Shown here: positions 7,905 through 14,751 of the stretch, piece after piece
Layout: the number at the start of each line of letters is the position of its first letter
How positions within the stretch are numbered: the first letter of the stretch is position 1
Source of the DNA: Arcobacter sp.
Lineage (GTDB): Bacteria; Campylobacterota; Campylobacteria; Campylobacterales; Arcobacteraceae
Assembly: GCA_965662175.1 (NCBI GenBank)
Contig: CBFIGT010000051.1
Coordinates: 1 to 15,856 of the forward strand
Direction of reading: 5' to 3'
DNA: 15,856 nucleotides
Notes under the pieces: generated by a model
The model's input: only the letters and a program-made list of their open reading frames with translations
Database searches by the model: none
What the model was told of the DNA's origin: nothing
Position numbers and translations under genes: made by a program

Positions 7905-9608
7905 CCCTATATATCTGTTTTTTTGTTTATCTTTTATTTTATCAATCTCTACAATAATCAAACCATCAACACAGTTTGAAAAATCTGGATCTATATTAAA
8001 GCCTTGAAAATTAACCCCACCATCAACACATAATTCAGAGTATTGTTTAAATAAAGTTGGGACAGCAACTCCCATATTTGATAAAGCTAATTTTAGTTTT
8101 TTAAAATCAGTTTTTTTATCATCTCCATCAAACATCTCTTTTAATGATTTAATATCAACAGAGTATTGATATGGAAGTCGTGAAGATAATAAAATTTGTT
8201 CATTTTTATAATAATATGAATAATAGTAAATCAACATATCTTTTGCAATGTTAGGTAATGAAGCAGAAATTGAAACAGGACCATACATATATTTAATTTG
8301 TGGATTAGCTTTTAAATAAGCCCCAATTCCATACCAAAGATAATCTAAAGCTCGACTTCCCCAATATTTAGGTTGTACAAAAGATCTCCCTAACTCAATA
8401 GAATCATCAATATATGGCACAAACTCATCTTTATATTTAAAAAGAGTATTAGAGTAAAATCCACTAATTCCTAGATTTGTATTTATAAATTCGCCATTTC
8501 CTATTCTATAAGAACCAACAATCTCTAAATCCTCTTTATCCCATAAAATAATATGCTCATAATAAATATCATATTTATCAGTATCTCTTTTTTTATTTAT
8601 ACCCTCACCAACACTTCTAAAAGACAATTCTCTTAATCTTCCTAACTCTTTTAATACAATTGAATCATCAGTATAGTTATATAAATATATAATCTTACCA
8701 TCACTTGTTTCACCTATTTTTTGTGAGTTTTTTAGTTCATTTAAAATATCTTGTCTATTTTCAGGGTGAGCAATAGCTTTTTGTGTTTCGAAGTATGATT
8801 TTTTACCTTTTTTTAAAGCATATAGATGTTTTTTATAAAGTTGAATAAGATATTTTTTATCTAAACCCTTTGGCATAATATTCTCATTTGGAATAATCTC
8901 ACCAACTTTTATATTTACCTTTTTGTGTCTTTTTTTAAACATCTCATTTGATAAAAGCAGTGTTGAAAAAGTTTTATTTAGTATAGAGATTGTATAAAAT
9001 ATTTTAGAGTTTTTACCATCTACTAATATTGGTAAAATAGGGGCATTACAGTGTTGGGCAAAGTTTAAAAATCCCTTATTCCAACTTGGGTCTTTTATTC
9101 CTTTAGCACTAGCACGGCTAACTTCTCCAGCTGGAAAGATAATAATAGCTTGTTCAGCATTTATTGCATCATATATGGCTTTTATATCTTTTTTACTCTG
9201 TCTTTGTTTGAAGTTATCAATTGGCACAAAAAGTGAAGAGAGAGCTTCAATACCAGCTAAAAAATCATTAGCCACAATTTTTACATCTTTTCTTACTTTT
9301 CCAACAAATTTTAATAAACATAAAGCATCAAGTCCACCCAAAGGATGATTTGCAATAATTACAACTTTTCCACTACTTGGAATATTTTGCATATCATTAC
9401 TTGAAACTGTATAATCAAAATCAAAATTATCTAAAACAGCATCAACAAATTCAAAACCTTTTTTATGTGAGTTATTTTCTAAAAACTCATTTATAGACTC
9501 TTCATGAACTATTTTTTTTGCTATTTTTATTAGAGATTTATTTAAAAATGATGACTCTAAATCAATCTTTGGAAACTTTTTCTTTATCTCTTTTTCTACA
9601 TCAACCAT
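7902..9608 (-). CDS. olsF: Bifunctional acyltransferase (N-terminal PlsC/LPLAT domain + C-terminal GNAT acyl-ACP N-acyltransferase), OlsF-like ornithine/aminolipid synthase
   Basis: NHPLGGLD (HxxxxD, 9327-9350) and FPAGEVS in the N-terminal half; LGRLRELSFRSVGEG, DTDKYD, IVGSYR, IELGRSFVQPKY, LW-GIGAYL, VPTLFKQY and FNIDPDF-NCVDGLI in the C-terminal half; AAGGA RBS (plus-strand 9614-9618). Confidence 0.8.
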   Translation of the reverse strand: MVDVEKEIKKKFPKIDLESSFLNKSLIKIAKKIVHEESINEFLENNSHKKGFEFVDAVLDNFDFDYTVSSNDMQNIPSSGKVVIIANHPLGGLDALCLLKFVGKVRKDVKIVANDFLAGIEALSSLFVPIDNFKQRQSKKDIKAIYDAINAEQAIIIFPAGEVSRASAKGIKDPSWNKGFLNFAQHCNAPILPILVDGKNSKIFYTISILNKTFSTLLLSNEMFKKRHKKVNIKVGEIIPNENIMPKGLDKKYLIQLYKKHLYALKKGKKSYFETQKAIAHPENRQDILNELKNSQKIGETSDGKIIYLYNYTDDSIVLKELGRLRELSFRSVGEGINKKRDTDKYDIYYEHIILWDKEDLEIVGSYRIGNGEFINTNLGISGFYSNTLFKYKDEFVPYIDDSIELGRSFVQPKYWGSRALDYLWYGIGAYLKANPQIKYMYGPVSISASLPNIAKDMLIYYYSYYYKNEQILLSSRLPYQYSVDIKSLKEMFDGDDKKTDFKKLKLALSNMGVAVPTLFKQYSELCVDGGVNFQGFNIDPDFSNCVDGLIIVEIDKIKDKQKNRYIG

Positions 9609-9631
9609 TTTAATCCTTATTGTGATTTAAA

Positions 9632-9665
9632 ATTCTATTATGAAATGATTACACCATGGTTACCT
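9632..9665 (-). promoter_or_regulatory. Candidate PhoB/OmpR-type activated promoter of the olsF-like gene
   Basis: The minus strand reads AGGTAAC-CATG-GTGTAAT (two half sites, 11-bp period), then exactly 10 nt, then a TAGAAT -10 hexamer (9632-9637) just upstream of the RBS. Confidence 0.5.
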
Positions 9666-9733
9666 CATTTTTTGATTTATTCCTTTGTAAAAATATGTTA
9701 ATATTCATTTTAAAATTAATTATGTGAGGAAAT

Positions 9734-10441
9734 ATGAATAAATCATTATTTACAAATTTAATCTCTTTAGTTTTGGTTTTATTAGGATATGTTTTAAAAA
9801 TAAATGAACTATTTATGATAGGTTTATTTGCTTTAAGTGGAGCACTTACAAATGCAATTGCAATACATATGCTTTTTGAAAAGGTACCATTTTTATATGG
9901 AAGTGGTGTAGTAGAAAAGCGATTTGAGGATTTCAAAAAAGGAATTCACTCTTTAATGATGGAACAATTTTTTACAAAAGAGAACTTACAAAGATTTTTT
10001 GAAGATGAAATAACATCAAAAAAATCAAGCTTTGATTTATCACCAATATTAGAAAAAACAGATTTTACACCAGCCTTTGAGTCACTAAAAGCAGCCGTTA
10101 TGCAATCATCTTTTGGAGGAATGTTAGGTATGTTTGGAGGAGAGAGTGCATTAGAGCCTTTAAAAGAGCCTTTTACAGAAAAATTAAAAGGTGCAATTGT
10201 AACAATCTCTAAAAATGAATCTTTTCAGCAATCACTTCACGAAAGTTTAGGCTCATCAAATGTAAGTGAGGATATTTTTCTTAAAGTAAGTCAAATTGTA
10301 AATAAAAGATTAGATGAATTAACACCTAAAATGGTAAAAGAGATAGTTCAAAAGATGATAAAAGAACACTTAGGTTGGCTAGTAGTTTGGGGTGGTGTAT
10401 TTGGTGGACTAATTGGATTTGTTTCAACTTTATTGATGTAG
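9734..10441 (+). CDS. DUF445 (YheB-like) membrane protein
   Basis: GALTNAIAIHMLF-KVPFLYGSGV N-terminal motif and HLGWLVVWGGVFGGLIG C-terminal TM segment; GAGGA RBS. Confidence 0.88.
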   Translation: MNKSLFTNLISLVLVLLGYVLKINELFMIGLFALSGALTNAIAIHMLFEKVPFLYGSGVVEKRFEDFKKGIHSLMMEQFFTKENLQRFFEDEITSKKSSFDLSPILEKTDFTPAFESLKAAVMQSSFGGMLGMFGGESALEPLKEPFTEKLKGAIVTISKNESFQQSLHESLGSSNVSEDIFLKVSQIVNKRLDELTPKMVKEIVQKMIKEHLGWLVVWGGVFGGLIGFVSTLLM

Positions 10442-10444
10442 TTC

Positions 10445-10613
10445 TTATTTTATCAAACTATATTGTTGTGGTTTTTCTTGCGTTATAGTACCATCAGGAA
10501 GTTGGAAATATAGTTTTTCATTTTTATTTTCTACTAGTTCAAAGTTATCATCACCATTGAAAAACAATATCTAATTATCATGCACCTGCAATAATATATA
10601 AAGTTTTTTTCAA
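10445..10613 (-). pseudogene. Deleted remnant of a zeta-toxin-like/COG4185 P-loop ATPase gene fused to the 3' end of a small partner gene
   Basis: AAGGA RBS, 7 nt, then TTG-KKTLYIIAGA-stop (10613-10578), breaking where a Walker A would begin. A second frame reads DN*ILFFNGDDNFELVENKNEKLYFQLPDGTITQEKPQQYSLIK* (10579-10445). Confidence 0.6.
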
Positions 10614-10639
10614 TTCAAAATCCTTTTTCCTAAAGTTGT

Positions 10640-10645
10640 ATTATA
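10640..10645 (-). promoter_or_regulatory. Sigma70 -10 box upstream of the ATPase remnant
   Basis: Perfect TATAAT on the minus strand, 14 nt upstream of the AAGGA RBS at 10621-10625. Confidence 0.45.
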
Positions 10646-10647
10646 GC

Positions 10648-10674
10648 TAGATTATAGTTATAAGCTATAATCTA
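10648..10674. terminator. Stem-loop, probable terminator of a lost minus-strand gene (or an operator)
   Basis: TAGATTATAG-TTATAAG-CTATAATCTA has perfect 10-bp arms; the TAA ending the 10658-10759 open frame lies between the arms. Confidence 0.5.
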
Positions 10675-10759
10675 TTAACTCCATATCATCTTCAATGCTT
10701 AGTTCAAACTCTTTATCTATTCTATTTTTAAAAAAGGATTCATTTTTTGATTTTATAAT
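10658..10759 (-). pseudogene. Possible orphan 3' end of an unidentified gene
   Basis: 33 open codons, IIKSKNESFFKNRIDKEFELSIEDDMELIDYSL*, with no start or RBS, ending in the hairpin; family not recognised. Confidence 0.3.
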
Positions 10760-10802
10760 TTAATATTTCTCTTATAATAAATAAAAATAAAAATAAATAA
10801 TT

Positions 10803-10830
10803 TTGATTAATCATACTTTTATGATAGAAT
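10803..10830 (+). promoter_or_regulatory. Candidate sigma70 promoter of the histidine kinase
   Basis: TTGATT (10803-10808), 16-nt spacer and extended -10 TG-A-TAGAAT (10822-10830), preceded by A-tracts at about 10776-10800. Confidence 0.45.
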
Positions 10831-10876
10831 ATATTAGTTTTTATGGAGCCAATTTAGAAATTATAAAGGGAAGCTT

Positions 10877-13159
10877 ATGGATAGCAATGTTAAATATTTA
10901 TTACAAATAATAAAATATACACCTTCTCTTACAATTCTTATTGTCTGTATTCTTACCATAACACTTATGTTTAATGAGCAAAAAAAAGAGTTTTTAGAAG
11001 AGCAAAATTTAATTGAAAAACAATTTGTTGATATTCAGAAAGAAAAAATAAAATCAGCTGTTAATACAGTGCATGATTATATAAAAAGAGAAAAAAATAG
11101 AGCTTTAGATGAACTAAAACAAGATTTAAACTATAAAATGAACACGGCATATAATATTGCTATTAATATATACAATAAAAATAAAGATAAAAAAACAAAA
11201 GCTGAGATAATTGAGCAGATAAAAGAGTCAATTGAGGTATTAAGATTTAATGATGCTAGAGGTTATTTTTCAATACATACATTAGATGGAATAAATATTT
11301 TACAGCCCATTAATAGAAGTTTTGAGGGAACTAGTGTATTTTATAGAAAAGATATAAAGGGTAATTATCCTGTACAAATGGCTATAGAAATTGCAAAAAC
11401 AAAGGGTACAGGTTTTTTCTCTTGGTATTATTATAAGCCAAATGATAAATCAAAAGAGTTTGAAAAAATTGGTATTGTAAAAAAGTTTGAGCCATATAAT
11501 TTGATTTTTACAACTGCTGAATATGTAGAAGACTTCAATAATAATTTACAAAAAAAGATTTTAGAACATATATCTTATTTAAAATTTGATAACAATGATT
11601 TTATTTTTTTGATTAATTATAATGGAGAGGTTTTACTGCATAAATCAGATAAAGTTATTAATCATAATATCTTCAAAGAGAATAAGTTTTCCCATGTAAA
11701 AAGTTTTTTTGAAGAGTTAATCAATAATAAAATAAATGAAGATTCAGCTTATCTTAGAACAATACCAAAAATAACAGAAGGTGAAAATACTAAAGAGATA
11801 AAAATAACATATGCAAAGAAATTTGATGATTGGAAATGGATTATTGCTCAAAGTTTTAAATTATCTAGTTCTCAAAAGTTATTAGAAGATAGAAAAAATA
11901 TTTTAGAAAAGAAATACAGTCATTATAAAAATAATGTATTAATTTATGGTGTATTTTTTACTATTATTTTATTGCTCATCTCTTATTTTATATCAAAGCT
12001 ATTAGAAAATATATTTTTAAAATACAAAAAAAGTTTAGAAAATAAGATATTAGAAAATAAGACTCAAAAAGAGATCTTATTAAAAGCCCAAGAAGTAGCA
12101 CAAATAGGTGATTGGAGATTGGACATAAACACAAACAAAGCTTTTTGGTCAGATGAAATTATTAAAATATTAGGATTAGATAAAAAAGATAAAGATAAAT
12201 TTGGTCCTGAATATCTAAAAAAACTAATGATAGATGAGGATATTCCTTGTTTTGAAAATTCTATTAATAAATGTATTGAAAACGGTAGCGAGCATCAGTG
12301 CATATATAGAATTAAAAGAGCTGATGGTGAAATTAGATGGATAGATTGTAGAGGTAAATTAGATAAAGATAAATCCCATATAATTGGTACAGTTCAGGAT
12401 ATAACAAAAAGAAAAATTCTTGAGATTGAAAAAAAACAAAAAGAAGATCTTCTTTTTCAACAGAGTAAAATGGCTGCAATGGGAGAAATGCTAGGGAATA
12501 TCGCCCACCAGTGGCGACAACCTTTATCTAATATTTCAATAGCATCAACAGGAACAAAAATACAAAAAGAGATGAACTGTTTGAGTGATGAGCAGTTGTA
12601 TTCAGCACTAACCTCAATCAATGATTCAGCACAATATTTATCTCAAACAATTGAAGATTTTAGAAGCTTTTTTAATCCAAGTGATAATAAAATGAATAAA
12701 TTTTTTATAGATGATTGTCTAAATAAAACACTAAGTTTAGTAAAGACTCAGTTTATTTCAAAAAATATTGAAATAATAAAAAATATTGAGAATTTTGAAT
12801 TATTATCAATAGAAAATGAATTAATACAAGTTTTAATAAATATACTAAATAATGCAAGAGATAGTTTAGTAATAAATCAAAAAGAGAAAAAATTAATTTT
12901 TATAAATACATATAAAAAAGAGGATATTTCATATATTGAAATATTGGATAATGCAGGTGGAATCGAAAATAATATTATAGATAGAATTTTTGAACCATAT
13001 TTTACCACAAAACATAAATCCCAAGGTACAGGTATTGGATTGTATATGAGTGAAGAGATTGTAAGAACACATCTAAATGGAAATATTACAGCTTCAAATG
13101 AAAAATATTTGTATGATGGAATTGAGTATAAAGGGGCAAAATTTACTATTACTATTTAA
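10877..13159 (+). CDS. Membrane sensor histidine kinase: TM - tandem Cache_2-type periplasmic domains - TM - PAS - HisKA - HATPase
   Basis: GYFSIHTLDG...GFFSWYYYKP...EKIGIVKKFEPY and KITYAKKFDDWKWII Cache segments; AQIGDW...WSDE...YRIKRADGEIRWI...GTVQDIT PAS/PAC; H box EMLGNIAHQWRQPL; N box NILNNARD; DNAGGI, FEPYFTTK and GTGIGLY boxes. Confidence 0.95.
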   Translation: MDSNVKYLLQIIKYTPSLTILIVCILTITLMFNEQKKEFLEEQNLIEKQFVDIQKEKIKSAVNTVHDYIKREKNRALDELKQDLNYKMNTAYNIAINIYNKNKDKKTKAEIIEQIKESIEVLRFNDARGYFSIHTLDGINILQPINRSFEGTSVFYRKDIKGNYPVQMAIEIAKTKGTGFFSWYYYKPNDKSKEFEKIGIVKKFEPYNLIFTTAEYVEDFNNNLQKKILEHISYLKFDNNDFIFLINYNGEVLLHKSDKVINHNIFKENKFSHVKSFFEELINNKINEDSAYLRTIPKITEGENTKEIKITYAKKFDDWKWIIAQSFKLSSSQKLLEDRKNILEKKYSHYKNNVLIYGVFFTIILLLISYFISKLLENIFLKYKKSLENKILENKTQKEILLKAQEVAQIGDWRLDINTNKAFWSDEIIKILGLDKKDKDKFGPEYLKKLMIDEDIPCFENSINKCIENGSEHQCIYRIKRADGEIRWIDCRGKLDKDKSHIIGTVQDITKRKILEIEKKQKEDLLFQQSKMAAMGEMLGNIAHQWRQPLSNISIASTGTKIQKEMNCLSDEQLYSALTSINDSAQYLSQTIEDFRSFFNPSDNKMNKFFIDDCLNKTLSLVKTQFISKNIEIIKNIENFELLSIENELIQVLINILNNARDSLVINQKEKKLIFINTYKKEDISYIEILDNAGGIENNIIDRIFEPYFTTKHKSQGTGIGLYMSEEIVRTHLNGNITASNEKYLYDGIEYKGAKFTITI

Positions 13160-13209
13160 AGTAATAATTTTAATCTTCTATTGTTAAACCCCAAATTAAA
13201 AGATATTTA

Positions 13210-13249
13210 AATACAATATGCCCAGTATGAGTTATTGTATTACAATATG
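13210..13249. repeat. Three copies of TACAATA (forward, reverse, forward)
   Basis: AATACAATA (13210-13218) and TATTGTATT (13233-13241) form a 9-bp inverted repeat; TATTGTA-T-TACAATA is a palindrome (13233-13247); TACAATATG is a direct repeat at 13212 and 13241. Confidence 0.5.
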
Positions 13250-13277
13250 AAATATTTTTATCATAAAAAAACAGATA

Positions 13278-13286
13278 TGCTAAAAT
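13278..13286 (+). promoter_or_regulatory. Extended -10 promoter of the methyltransferase operon
   Basis: TG-C-TAAAAT, ending 29 nt upstream of the TTG start at 13316. Confidence 0.5.
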
Positions 13287-13315
13287 ACCAAAAATTTAAA
13301 TATTAAAGAAAAGAT

Positions 13316-14182
13316 TTGACTAAACCTATAATAAAAAATAAAGAATATCAACCTTTTGTTAAGTGGGTGGGTGGAAAAAGAGGATTACTTCCTCAAATAA
13401 TCCCATTATTGCCTAAAGAGTTTAATAATTACTTCGAACCATTCCTTGGTGGTGGAGCTCTATTTTTTGAGCTTTTTTCAAAAGGAGTTTTGAAAAACAA
13501 AAAAGTATATTTATTCGATATAAATTCAGAACTTATAAATGCTTATGAAGTAGTTAAAAATAATCCAACCCAACTTGTTTATGAACTTGAACTTTTTAAA
13601 CAAAAACATTCTAAAGAGTTTTATTATGAGGTAAGAGCTTGGGATAGGGAAGAAGATTTTTTAACTATTGATAAAGTTTTAAGAGCTACAAGATTTATAT
13701 ATTTAAATAAAACTTGTTTCAATGGACTCTATCGTGTAAATAAAAAAAACCAAAACAATGTACCAATTGGAAGTTATAAAAATCCAAATATTTGTGATGC
13801 AAAAGTAATATATAGTGCAAGCGAAGCTTTACAAAATGCTGTTATTAAAAATTGTAGTTATAAAGAAGTTTTGAATATTGCTTCAAAAAATGACTTGATT
13901 TATTTTGATCCACCATATTATCCTCTTACTCAAACAGCAAGTTTCACATCATACAGCGAATTTGATTTTTTAGAAAAACAACAAAATGAACTTTTTGAAG
14001 TTTTTAAAAGTTTGAGCGATAAAAAGAGCAGTGTATTACATAGCAATTCATCTACGGAGTTTATAAAAGATTTATATAAAGATTATGATATTAAAGAGAT
14101 TTTAGCAAATAGATTTATAAATAGTAAAGCTAGTGATAGAGGGAAAATTAGTGAAGTTTTAGTGAGGAGCAAAAAATGGTAA
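13316..14182 (+). CDS. Dam/DpnM/EcoRV-family (D12 class, alpha group) N6-adenine DNA methyltransferase
   Basis: PFVKWVGGKR, YFEPFLGGGA (motif I), DINSELINAY, YLNKTCFNGLYRVNKKNQNNVPIG (target-recognition hairpin), YFDPPY (motif IV) and SNS; TTG start. Confidence 0.95.
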   Translation: MTKPIIKNKEYQPFVKWVGGKRGLLPQIIPLLPKEFNNYFEPFLGGGALFFELFSKGVLKNKKVYLFDINSELINAYEVVKNNPTQLVYELELFKQKHSKEFYYEVRAWDREEDFLTIDKVLRATRFIYLNKTCFNGLYRVNKKNQNNVPIGSYKNPNICDAKVIYSASEALQNAVIKNCSYKEVLNIASKNDLIYFDPPYYPLTQTASFTSYSEFDFLEKQQNELFEVFKSLSDKKSSVLHSNSSTEFIKDLYKDYDIKEILANRFINSKASDRGKISEVLVRSKKW

Positions 14183-14733
14183 GAGGTGGACTTGGTGGTG
14201 GTAATACTCAAACTGGAATACATTTTGAGGCTAGGGTAGATATAGTAACTTATTTAAATGATGAAGTTGATGGATATAGATGTGAGCAAAAGCCTTTAAA
14301 TAATAGAAGACAATCTATGGGATTTAATATTTATTATAATGAAAATCTTGTTGCAGAATCTTTTAAAAAACATGAATTATATAGATATTTAGATACTTTA
14401 GATATTGATTGGAGAAGTATCTTATCTAAACAACTATTGCCTGATGATGCTATCTATGTAATTTATAATAATACAGTTTTTATAATTGAAGTAAAATATC
14501 AAGAAGTAGATGGTTCTGTTGACGAGAAGTTACAAACTTGTGGATTTAAATTAAAACAATATCAAAGATTATTCGCACCATTAAACCATAATGTTAAATA
14601 TATTTATATTTTGAATGATTGGTTTAGAGAAGATAAATATAGAGATACTCTCAACTATATAATTGAGATGAACTGTAAATATTATTTTGAATTTTTACCA
14701 CTCCATGAAATAGGATTACCTATTCCTGAATAA
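14176..14733 (+). CDS. Small PD-(D/E)XK nuclease, probable type II restriction endonuclease cognate to the methyltransferase
   Basis: N-terminal GGGNT-TG--FE helix, PD at 14440 and EVKYQEVDGSVDEK at 14488-14529; overlaps the MTase by 7 nt; GAGGAG RBS at 14164-14169. Confidence 0.75.
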   Translation: MVRGGLGGGNTQTGIHFEARVDIVTYLNDEVDGYRCEQKPLNNRRQSMGFNIYYNENLVAESFKKHELYRYLDTLDIDWRSILSKQLLPDDAIYVIYNNTVFIIEVKYQEVDGSVDEKLQTCGFKLKQYQRLFAPLNHNVKYIYILNDWFREDKYRDTLNYIIEMNCKYYFEFLPLHEIGLPIPE

Positions 14734-14751
14734 ATTATTAGGATTATTTAG

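Noticed and set aside
9649..9936. 95-aa minus-strand ORF
   Set aside because: Mostly antisense to the DUF445 gene and runs across the divergent promoter region; no motif.
10776..10800. AATAAA-type tandem repeat as a CRISPR or mobile-element end
   Set aside because: Low-complexity A-tract upstream of a promoter, with no spacers or terminal inverted repeat partner.
10803..10813. FNR box at TTGATTAATCA
   Set aside because: The half sites are not separated by the 4 nt required for TTGAT-N4-ATCAA.
13316..14182. Orphan housekeeping dam gene
   Set aside because: It overlaps a nuclease gene in an accessory-looking region and GATC appears avoided, so an R-M role fits better; the dam symbol was withheld because specificity is unproven.
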